Of a stretch of DNA of 43,753 nucleotides, positions 31,051-38,513 are shown piece after piece. Source of the stretch: an uncultured Nitrospirales bacterium (GTDB lineage Bacteria > Hydrogenedentota > Hydrogenedentia > Hydrogenedentales > CAITNO01); NCBI GenBank assembly GCA_964493075.1, contig CAZBNU010000006.1, forward strand, positions 1 through 43,753, read 5' to 3'. The stretch's first letter is position 1; each line of letters opens with the position of its first letter. The position numbers were made by a program, and so were the translations under genes. The notes beneath the pieces were generated by a model that was not told the DNA's origin, ran no database searches, and saw only the letters and a program-made list of their open reading frames with translations.

Positions 31051-31144
31051 TTATTGTCCGCAAATTACGCAGATTTATACCGATTATGACGATATGAAGT
31101 GATTTTAATAATCTGCGAATATCTGCGTAATCTGCGGACAATAA
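31051..31144. repeat. Palindromic element E1: 24-bp inverted arms with 1 mismatch and a 46-nt loop; the right side also holds tandem ATCTGCG-type units
   Basis: TTATTGTCCGCAAATTACGCAGAT (31051-31074) against ATCTGCGTAATCTGCGGACAATAA (31121-31144). Paired base by base, 23 of 24 positions match. Starts 31 nt after the ABC gene stop. Confidence 0.85.
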
Positions 31145-31487
31145 CCGTCGCCACTATTGCGAAAAAGCCGCGGTCAGGATTAAGGAAATCACAAAAGTCC
31201 ACATCATAAAAAACATTGCTGCTGCACTATCCATAACCAAACTCCTTATTGTTGATGTGTAGGATGTTTCTGTTAATCACTACAGTATATTAGACGATCT
31301 GAAAAGGTTAAATATTCACGAACATCAAAAGAAACATCCCACATCCTGCGGCAATTCCCTTCGATTCGTTCATTTAATTGTATTTATCGTTACGTTAAAA
31401 TTGCAATCGCATGTCAAATAAACATATTCTATAAGGCAGTTGACAGGAGTGATGCCCGCATTCTTTGGGCAAATAACAACAAAGTCC

Positions 31488-33128
31488 ATGGAGGATTACA
31501 CTGTGTCTTTAACTGTTATTGATTATATCAGCATTGTGGCCTTTATTGGCGTGGTGCTTGGCGTAAGCATGTATAAAAGTCGTCAAAAGAAGGACAGCGC
31601 AGGCTACTTTCTGGCGGACCGCGGCGCCACATGGTGGCTCATAGGCTTTTCACTCATTGCTGCAAATATTTCTACGGAGCAGTTTGTGGGTATGAGCGGC
31701 GCTGGCGCGGGTAACGCCGGACTTGCAATTGCCAGTTATGAATGGATTGCAGCGATTACGCTGGTATTTGTCGCTATCTTCTTCCTGCCCCGTTTCCTGA
31801 GTGCCGGCATTTTCACTATTCCCGAATATCTGGAATACCGCTATAACGCCGCAGCGCGAACGGTGATGTCTCTTTTTCTCATGGTGGTGTATGTATGCGT
31901 AACCATCGTTGCTGTGGTCTATTCCGGTGGGCTTACGATCCACGCTATATTTGGCTGGCCGCTGGTTCCCAGTATCTGGGTTATAGGTGTGCTTGCCGCT
32001 GCCTATACAACCTTTGGAGGGTTGAAAGCGGTTATTTGGGCTGACCTCATACAGGGTTCTGCACTCATCCTTGGTGGCGCGATCGTGCTGTATTTCGGGT
32101 TACATGCCATGACACCGGACGGCGGACTTGTGGCAGGATGGGGTTCGTTCATGGAGCAGGCTGGCGACAAAATGCACATGAGTTTAGGCAACGACCACCC
32201 GGAATTGCCCTTCACCGCTCTGTTCTTCGGTATCTGGATTCCGAACTTCTACTATTGGGGCTTGAACCAATACATCACGCAGCGTACCCTGGCATCTAAG
32301 AGCTTAAGCGAAGGCCAGAAAGGCGTTCTGTTTGCCGCTGCCTTGAAACTAATTATTCCCTTCGTTATCGTAATTCCCGGTATTATGGCATGGATCCTGT
32401 ATCCGGCAGAATTGGGCGGCGGTGAAACGGCAAAGGATGCCGCTTATCCCTTGTTGGTAAAAAATCTGGTGCCAGCTGGACTCAGCGGCTTCATGCTTGC
32501 GGCGCTGGCCGGAGCGGTGATGAGCTCGCTCGCCTCCATGCTTAACTCTGCGTCCACTATCTTCACGATGGACTTGTTCAAGCGTTTCATAAAGCGTGAC
32601 GCTACGGACAAGCAAATGGTGTTTACGGGCAGGTTGACGACAGTTATCTTTGTGGTCATCGGCTGCCTTATTGCCCCGCAACTGGCAGACCCCCGTTTCG
32701 GCGGCGTATTCAAATATATTCAGGACTTCCAGGGGTTCATCTCGCCGGGCATCCTTACCGCTTTCGTATTTGGCCTGATTATCAAACGTACACCGGCAAC
32801 TGCCGCCATTGCCGCCATGATTGCTAATGTACCGATTTATGGAATCCTGCATTTTGGGTCGGTACAAACGGCCATAGTGAAAGCAGTACCCTTCATGGGT
32901 TCCATGAGCGAAGATGGCGTGGGCAGTGTCGCCTTCCTGAACCAGATGGCGATTACCGCCGCCTGCCTTACCCTGATCATGGCGATTGTAACTGCCATCA
33001 AACCGCTAAAAGAGCCTGTCGTCATGCCTGTCAATAAAGACTTCAATATGGAACACACGAAAGTCGTTCCCGTGGCAGGTACGGCCATTATTCTGATGAC
33101 CATAGTGTTGTACTACATTTTCTGGTAG
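31488..33128 (+). CDS. Sodium:solute symporter family (SSF/SGLT-like) transporter
   Basis: About 546 aa from the ATG at 31488, with 13-14 hydrophobic helices. Family-typical GGLKAVIWADLIQG segment. Substrate not inferable. Confidence 0.85.
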   Translation: MEDYTVSLTVIDYISIVAFIGVVLGVSMYKSRQKKDSAGYFLADRGATWWLIGFSLIAANISTEQFVGMSGAGAGNAGLAIASYEWIAAITLVFVAIFFLPRFLSAGIFTIPEYLEYRYNAAARTVMSLFLMVVYVCVTIVAVVYSGGLTIHAIFGWPLVPSIWVIGVLAAAYTTFGGLKAVIWADLIQGSALILGGAIVLYFGLHAMTPDGGLVAGWGSFMEQAGDKMHMSLGNDHPELPFTALFFGIWIPNFYYWGLNQYITQRTLASKSLSEGQKGVLFAAALKLIIPFVIVIPGIMAWILYPAELGGGETAKDAAYPLLVKNLVPAGLSGFMLAALAGAVMSSLASMLNSASTIFTMDLFKRFIKRDATDKQMVFTGRLTTVIFVVIGCLIAPQLADPRFGGVFKYIQDFQGFISPGILTAFVFGLIIKRTPATAAIAAMIANVPIYGILHFGSVQTAIVKAVPFMGSMSEDGVGSVAFLNQMAITAACLTLIMAIVTAIKPLKEPVVMPVNKDFNMEHTKVVPVAGTAIILMTIVLYYIFW

Positions 33129-33148
33129 AAGAAGAATATAGAAAAAAT

Positions 33149-33235
33149 GTAGGGTGGGTGAAGCGAATGCGAAACCCATCAAACATACGATTATATCGTG
33201 CATGGTGGGTTCCGCATTCGCTTCACCCACCCTAC
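33149..33235. repeat. Palindromic element E2: ~30-33 bp inverted arms with 1 mismatch, starting with GTAGGG
   Basis: GTAGGGTGGGTGAAGCGAATGCGAAACCCA (33149-33178) against TGGGTTCCGCATTCGCTTCACCCACCCTAC (33206-33235). It fills the gap between the convergent symporter and DUF3368 genes. Each arm contains its own TGGGT...ACCCA mini-stem. Confidence 0.85.
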
Positions 33236-33237
33236 GA

Positions 33238-33522
33238 CTAAATATCTTTCTTTTCGCCAGCAACATCCAATAGTCTTTGTTCCAGTACTGGCGCGATGAA
33301 ACGACCGGCCTGTTTTAATGATGATAGACCAATCTTTATCGAAGGGATTACCTGTTTCTTTTTGGCAATGAGAATAATGCCGCCCGTGCCAATTACTGAT
33401 AGCCCTAAGGAATAAGCACAACGGCGGGCTTGGGCATCATCAAGTACAGCGTGATATTCCTGATGATTGTAGACGTGGTTGATAAGAGGAGAGGCATTGA
33501 CAACAATAGTCTTAATCGGCAT
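33238..33522 (-). CDS. DUF3368 (PIN-like) toxin homologue, apparently shortened and degenerate
   Basis: 94 aa. N-terminus IVVNASPLIN and C-terminus LGLSVIGTGGIILIAKKKQVIPSIKIGLSSLKQAGRFIAPVLEQRLLDVAGE fit my recollection of the ~150-aa DUF3368 family. The middle of the protein seems to be missing, and the first conserved Asp reads Asn. Confidence 0.6.
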   Translation of the reverse strand: MPIKTIVVNASPLINHVYNHQEYHAVLDDAQARRCAYSLGLSVIGTGGIILIAKKKQVIPSIKIGLSSLKQAGRFIAPVLEQRLLDVAGEKKDI

Positions 33523-33766
33523 TTGCAGATTCTCTCAACAATTCATCCATTGAATACTGAAACGGCGATACTTTTGCTTCTGAAAGCGCGGTGATAAAGT
33601 CTGAACGTGAAAGTCCGGCAATCTCCGCGCCCTTCCCCTGAGATATTTTTCCCTGTTCATACCACTTTGTGGCGGCGGCAATGCGCAACTCACTAGCAAA
33701 GAGTTCTGGCGGCACATGAAGTGCTGCAAAAACTGATTCCGGAAAATCTATCGTTATCGTTGTCAT
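33512..33766 (-). CDS. UPF0175 family antitoxin-like protein
   Basis: 84 aa. LRIAAATKWYEQGKISQGKGAEIAGLSRSDFITAL is typical of UPF0175. Overlaps the DUF3368 gene by 11 nt. Confidence 0.75.
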   Translation of the reverse strand: MTTITIDFPESVFAALHVPPELFASELRIAAATKWYEQGKISQGKGAEIAGLSRSDFITALSEAKVSPFQYSMDELLRESANAD

Positions 33767-33807
33767 AATGGTATCTCCTTGCTATACACAGTATACCAGA
33801 ACAATTA

Positions 33808-34344
33808 TCACAGTGTCTCAATGGTGATATGTGTATTCGTATAGATGCAGATTTCTGCGGCGATGCGCAAGGACTTGTCCACGATTTCCTGGGCGTTGAG
33901 GTCGGTATGGTTTGAGAGGGCGCGGGCGGCTGCGAGGGCATAGGAGCCGCCGCTCCCGATGGCGAGGATGCCGTCTTCCGGTTCGATGATTTCACCGCCA
34001 CCGGAGATGAGCAGCGACATATTCCGGTCGCTCACGGCAAGAAGCGCGTTCAACTGGCGCAGGTATTTGTCGGTACGCCATTCTTTGCCCAGTTCCACGG
34101 CAGCGCGGAGCAGGTTCTTGTTGAACTCCTTCAGTTTGCCTTCAAAACGCTCGAAGAGGGTGAAGGCGTCCGCCACAGCGCCCGCGAATCCTGCCAGCAC
34201 TTCGCCGTCAGCAAGGCGACGCACTTTGGTGGCATTCCCTTTCATGATCGTGTCGCCAATGGTTACCTGGCCATCGCCGCCCATGGCGACAACACCGTTT
34301 TTCCGGACGCATAATACGGTTGTGCCGTAAAATGTTTGTGTCAT
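33808..34344 (-). CDS. hslV: ATP-dependent protease subunit HslV (ClpQ)
   Basis: 178 aa, alignable by eye along its full length with E. coli HslV and B. subtilis ClpQ ([11 protein letters not shown]..., [32 protein letters not shown]). A short MTQTFYG propeptide precedes the TT nucleophile. Confidence 0.93.
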   Translation of the reverse strand: MTQTFYGTTVLCVRKNGVVAMGGDGQVTIGDTIMKGNATKVRRLADGEVLAGFAGAVADAFTLFERFEGKLKEFNKNLLRAAVELGKEWRTDKYLRQLNALLAVSDRNMSLLISGGGEIIEPEDGILAIGSGGSYALAAARALSNHTDLNAQEIVDKSLRIAAEICIYTNTHITIETL

Positions 34345-34434
34345 GTTCGTTTCTCCAATCTGCAGTAAGTTTTGTAATTGCGACTATGCTTTTCTATTAT
34401 ACCTGTTGGAAACGGTATAATTCCCTTTAGTGGT

Positions 34435-34515
34435 CGTCATTGCGAGGTACGAAGCAATCTCAACAACTCTCATGTCATTACTGTGCACCGGATTGCTTCG
34501 TACCTCGCAATGACG
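34435..34515. repeat. Palindromic element E3: perfect 25-bp inverted arms, 31-nt loop, CGTCATT termini
   Basis: CGTCATTGCGAGGTACGAAGCAATC (34435-34459) against GATTGCTTCGTACCTCGCAATGACG (34491-34515). All 25 positions were checked. It lies in the divergent hslV / acetyltransferase intergenic region. Confidence 0.9.
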
Positions 34516-34553
34516 GGTTTAATAGTTGGCTGAATGAATCATGGAGAACCCCT

Positions 34554-35267
34554 ATGTCTCTCAGAAGAAAATGGCGGCGCTGGGTTAACAGCCGTAAATT
34601 TGTGCGCGTCGGCAAGCGTTGTAGTATTGATGGCTACAACATTGAAATTGACGGCCATGTAGAACTGGAAGATTTCTGCAAGGTGCGCAGCAACACCATC
34701 ATGCGCACCAACGGCGGCGGCAAGATTCTGATCGGCACCTATTCCGGAATCAGTTATAATTGTGTTTTCGAGGCGCGTACTATCATCCAGATAGGCAAGT
34801 ACACGGGCATTGCCGAGTTTTGCGTTATCCGGGACACGAACCATGCGGTGATCGGCACTTCCGAACACTGGCGGCTTACACCCCACATCTCGCAGCCCAT
34901 CGTGATAGGCGACGGCTGTCTCATCGGAAGCGGGTGCTATATTTCGCCTGGCGTTGCCATTGGCGACGGCGCGGTGATTGCCCAGCACAGTGTGGTGACA
35001 AAAGACGTGAGGCCCTTCGAGGTCTGGTCCGGCAACCCGGCGCGCAAGGTGGCGCACCGGATCCATGGCATCCCGGAGACCATGCAGAAACGCTATCAGG
35101 AACTGCTCGACACCTATGGCGTTCGCGACATCCGCCACGGGTTCCAGAAACAGGCAGAAGAAATCCGCGACGCAGTAAACCTTGAGGGCAACCGCGCCGC
35201 GGAGGAACGTGATCGGCTTATGGCGTTGTTTGCTGCTGAACCAAAGGACAGCGAAACAACTTCGTAA
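34554..35267 (+). CDS. Left-handed beta-helix (hexapeptide-repeat) acyl/acetyltransferase with a ~60-aa charged C-terminal tail
   Basis: ATG at 34554 with a GGAG starting 11 nt upstream (34543-34546). Hexapeptide run IGDGCLIGSGCYISPGVAIGDGAVIAQHSVV, then the family-typical FEVWSGNPARKV. Confidence 0.8.
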   Translation: MSLRRKWRRWVNSRKFVRVGKRCSIDGYNIEIDGHVELEDFCKVRSNTIMRTNGGGKILIGTYSGISYNCVFEARTIIQIGKYTGIAEFCVIRDTNHAVIGTSEHWRLTPHISQPIVIGDGCLIGSGCYISPGVAIGDGAVIAQHSVVTKDVRPFEVWSGNPARKVAHRIHGIPETMQKRYQELLDTYGVRDIRHGFQKQAEEIRDAVNLEGNRAAEERDRLMALFAAEPKDSETTS

Positions 35268-35268
35268 T

Positions 35269-37185
35269 TTATGATTGTCCCGGGGCAATATAGGTGGTCG
35301 CTATGAGCGACTGATAATCATTCACCTGCCCGCCGTCCAGACAGCACTCGATGATGGTCTTGCCGAGGGGGTGCAGTTCGGGAACCATGAACTGGCGGAT
35401 ATGGCGGTGGAAGAATTCCGTCAGAATTTCGGCGCCTTCGTCATAGGCGGCATCGCCCACTTCGGGCTGTGTGTTTACCTGCAGCAGCCAGCGGGGTACA
35501 GAATAACCCTCCAGGGTGACATGCTGCAAGGCATGCCCCAGCAGCGGGCATCGGGCTGGACGGAACTGGTCGGTCTTGAACTTCGCAATACCCCGTCGCG
35601 CAAGGTATTCACGGGTGATCCATTGCGGCATAAAGCCGACTTTCCAGGCGCCCACATTCTGATTCGGACACAGAATATGAACCACCTTGGGTGTCGCCAG
35701 TATCTGGTTCAAGAGTAGGTTGGCATGTTCCACTTTCAAGCCCGGCGCAAAGGGCCAGTAGGAACCGACACCCTCAGAGGTCATTCCTTCGGAATCCACT
35801 ATGCTCGGGTTGTCATGGCCGCGGGGCGCCACAAGTCGCCACAGCCAGGACAGCGACGGCGGCAACAGGTGGAACAGTCCGATGATTCCATACGTGGGGT
35901 GTGCGGCGGTGCAAGGCGGTGTGCGCACGCCCAGACTGCGGATGTCCACCGCAACCGGCTCTTCTACAACATCCGGCATGGCGCGGCGCGGCAGGATAAC
36001 CCGCGGGTTTGGACAGGGTTTGTTGGGCATATCCATGGTGTGTTCCCAGATAAGGGCGCGGCTATTGGGTACGGCATCTATATTCAGGAACAACAGTGGT
36101 TCTTCCGGTTGTGCCGTTAATGCCTCAAACATCGGATCCGTACCGTAGCTGTCAATGTGATTTACACGGACAAACCAGGCGTTTTCCGCGTCTACAACAG
36201 TCAACTTGCCGTCGCCTTTTTGTATGGAGGGATGGCAGAGCGCCATGTCGTCCGTTACGGGACGCAGTGCGCAGCCACGCGGGATTTCCAGAAACCGTCT
36301 TTCATCGGTAACTGTATTCACGCCCAGCAACAGACGTCCGTCTGCTTCGCGGTGTGCTACTTCCAGCATTTCGCTTTTGCCGCCACCGCTGGCGCCTTCG
36401 TGCATGATGGTCAGCGTGTTGTCGTAAGGGGTCACCACCTGTACCACCGAACAGTGGGCCGTCACCCAGCCTTCCCGTTCACCGAGTCCCAGCAGGCTTC
36501 CGTATACGCCTTTTTTGGCGCTCGGTCCCGGGTACAGGTTGTACGCAAAGATTTCATGGCTTTGCTTGCCCCGTTTATGCACCACAACCTGTTTGCCGTC
36601 GAAGTGGGTGTGCCGGAAGGGCGGCGCAATATAGAGAATAAGTTGCGGACTGAATTTGGAGGGAAGGTCTTCGGGGGGGATGATCCCTTGAAGCATGGCG
36701 AGTCCAAGCGCAAAGAACCCTGCGTTGGCGGGCGCAATTACCATCGCATCCATGCCCATCTTGCGACGACCCGCCACAAAGCCGAATACGGCAAGTTCCT
36801 GTTCTTTCAGCCATGCCATCGTTTCCTGGCGCAACGGTTCAAAAGAACCGTTGAAGCGTTCCGCGTAGGTGGGTTTGTCGGTAGGCAAATCGTCTCCGAT
36901 TACCATGCAGTCCGGATCGCGGCGACGCATATAAATATCCGTGTAATTCGCGCAGATGCCATTGCGCACCCGTGCAACAGTTGCCTCTACCACAGTGCCT
37001 TTACCGGGCACATCGTAGCCCACCTCAAAATAGTCGCTGTCCGCACCACCACAGGCAAGGTCTACCAGCTCCGTGGTAGTTGCAGCAACAGTAACCTTGG
37101 GACTTGCTTCCAGAATGGCTTGGGCTTCGGGAGGCGGATTGAACAACCGCCATCGGTCTGTTTGTTTGTCTTTGTTCTGTTGCAT
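35269..37185 (-). CDS. Uncharacterised 638-aa protein with a PEPCK/HprK-like P-loop (resembles my recollection of DUF4914)
   Basis: HEGASGGGKSEMLE resembles the GxSGxGKSE P-loop of HPr kinase and the kinase-1a motif of PEPCK. A downstream acidic pair, RPVTDDMALCH, follows. No function is known to me. Confidence 0.55.
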   Translation of the reverse strand: MQQNKDKQTDRWRLFNPPPEAQAILEASPKVTVAATTTELVDLACGGADSDYFEVGYDVPGKGTVVEATVARVRNGICANYTDIYMRRRDPDCMVIGDDLPTDKPTYAERFNGSFEPLRQETMAWLKEQELAVFGFVAGRRKMGMDAMVIAPANAGFFALGLAMLQGIIPPEDLPSKFSPQLILYIAPPFRHTHFDGKQVVVHKRGKQSHEIFAYNLYPGPSAKKGVYGSLLGLGEREGWVTAHCSVVQVVTPYDNTLTIMHEGASGGGKSEMLEVAHREADGRLLLGVNTVTDERRFLEIPRGCALRPVTDDMALCHPSIQKGDGKLTVVDAENAWFVRVNHIDSYGTDPMFEALTAQPEEPLLFLNIDAVPNSRALIWEHTMDMPNKPCPNPRVILPRRAMPDVVEEPVAVDIRSLGVRTPPCTAAHPTYGIIGLFHLLPPSLSWLWRLVAPRGHDNPSIVDSEGMTSEGVGSYWPFAPGLKVEHANLLLNQILATPKVVHILCPNQNVGAWKVGFMPQWITREYLARRGIAKFKTDQFRPARCPLLGHALQHVTLEGYSVPRWLLQVNTQPEVGDAAYDEGAEILTEFFHRHIRQFMVPELHPLGKTIIECCLDGGQVNDYQSLIATTYIAPGQS

Positions 37186-37267
37186 GCTTTTGCTCCTGTA
37201 GTTGTTTCGCGGGTTATCAGCAGAAATTTGGGTATAAACGTATGCGCAGGCGAAAAAGATGACACCT

Positions 37268-38011
37268 TTAGTCGGTTATTTTACTGCAAACCACCTGATC
37301 GTAGTCGTAAACCCCTGCAATGTGCCCGCCCGGCGGAATCACCAGAAATTGTTCTTCCGGCCAATTGCCCGTTATCAAAGATTCAATAAGACGAATGCTC
37401 CCCGGCAGATGTTGCATGTTTTTGCCTGCCGACTGCATATACGCTTTTATCCGTTCAATAAGTACGTCTATATGGGTTTCAGGAACATCAATTAACGGAA
37501 TGTCCGGGCTATCATGGTGTGCCGTCAGGGCATCCACGAGATAACGGGCGTTTTCTTCGCCATAGATTTCAGCCAGTTCCAGGAAAGACTGTCCGCCCTG
37601 ACCGAAAGAACGGGCGTCTCCGTCAGAGAAAACAGAATCGCCGCGCTCTGAATACCCCACCGAGGTCCATGCCTGACTGGGATTGCCGCCAAAGTGTTCT
37701 TCAAATGCCTGTTTCGATCCCAGAAACAGGGTGGTGCAGTCGTGGGCGCGGGGGATCACCAGCGGAAACCGTTTGGCAGTAAGGCCGATGGTCGCATTGC
37801 CGCATAAGCCATAAGCCAAAAGCACGGCATCATAGGCAATATCGCCCTCAGCGGCGACATCAATCTGCTCCTGCAACAGTTCCCGCAATCGGGAAGGGTG
37901 GTTATGCTCTCCTTTTGCGAAAAAGGACAGGTCTAGGGTGTTGGGCGATCGTGCGGCGCACCAGCATACCTCACGGGTGAGTACGTCGCAAGCCAGAACA
38001 CGGAAATGCAT
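37268..38011 (-). CDS. DUF1638-like Cys-rich protein
   Basis: 248 aa from the ATG at 38011 with a GGAG upstream. VLACDVL, LLAYGLCGN and VIPRAHDCTTLFLGS match the DUF1638 pattern as I recall it. Confidence 0.6.
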   Translation of the reverse strand: MHFRVLACDVLTREVCWCAARSPNTLDLSFFAKGEHNHPSRLRELLQEQIDVAAEGDIAYDAVLLAYGLCGNATIGLTAKRFPLVIPRAHDCTTLFLGSKQAFEEHFGGNPSQAWTSVGYSERGDSVFSDGDARSFGQGGQSFLELAEIYGEENARYLVDALTAHHDSPDIPLIDVPETHIDVLIERIKAYMQSAGKNMQHLPGSIRLIESLITGNWPEEQFLVIPPGGHIAGVYDYDQVVCSKITD

Positions 38012-38063
38012 AGAGTTCTCCTGTTTACATTTAGTTGGCACAGTAACCATGCGCAACGGGCAA

Positions 38064-38513
38064 TTATTCCCCGGACTTGGCAGTATTGCTCTTGAGAAAC
38101 TCATCCAACGCTCGCCACGGCAGCACCGCGCACTTGATGCGCATGGGATAAGCGCGTACGCCAGCGAAAGCCGCCAGATTACCCAGCGCAGCCTCGTCAA
38201 CAGGTGCATCGGGCGATTCCTGAAGCATCGAATGAAACGCCTGATAAAGGGCATGAAACCCATCCACGGTTTTGCCCTGTAATATCTCTGTCAGCATGGA
38301 GGCGCTTGCCTTGGAAATGGCACATCCGTTCCCTTCGAAGGTGATTGCCGAAAATGTCTGATTCTCCAGTTGAATATACAGTTTGAAGGTATCGCCGCAC
38401 AGAGGATTATACGCATCAATCACGGCGGTTGCATCATCCCTTTTGGAATAGTTCTTCGGATGTTTGTTATGTTCAAGAATCAGCTGTTCATAGAGCACAT
38501 TAGACTCCGACAT
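38064..38513 (-). CDS. sufU: SUF-type Fe-S cluster scaffold/sulfur-transfer protein SufU
   Basis: 149 aa. The three conserved Cys contexts are NPLCGD, GNGCAISKASASM and RIKCAVLPW. Confidence 0.9.
   Translation of the reverse strand: MSESNVLYEQLILEHNKHPKNYSKRDDATAVIDAYNPLCGDTFKLYIQLENQTFSAITFEGNGCAISKASASMLTEILQGKTVDGFHALYQAFHSMLQESPDAPVDEAALGNLAAFAGVRAYPMRIKCAVLPWRALDEFLKSNTAKSGE

Noticed and set aside
31254-31345. Inverted repeat GTGTAGGATGTTTCT / AGAAACATCCCACA upstream of the symporter
   Set aside because: Only about 14 bp pair, with a mismatch, and the arms are separated by about 60 nt. This is within what chance and AT-rich promoter regions can give. It might be an operator, but I cannot support that.
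34539-35288. 249-aa minus-strand ORF fully overlapping the acetyltransferase gene
   Set aside because: The plus-strand frame shows unmistakable hexapeptide repeats and an RBS. The minus-strand product has no recognisable features. Open antisense frames are expected in this GC-richer stretch.
36157-37389. 410-aa plus-strand ORF opposite the 638-aa P-loop protein
   Set aside because: The translation is His-, Arg- and Phe-rich with no motifs. The minus-strand frame carries the P-loop and spans the whole region with a proper start.
38012-38263. 84-codon N-terminal extension of the DUF1638-like ORF overlapping the sufU 3' end
   Set aside because: The extension is Arg- and Cys-rich and implausible, and it overlaps sufU out of frame. 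The internal ATG at 38011 has a GGAG RBS and gives the family-typical MHFRVLACDVL start.
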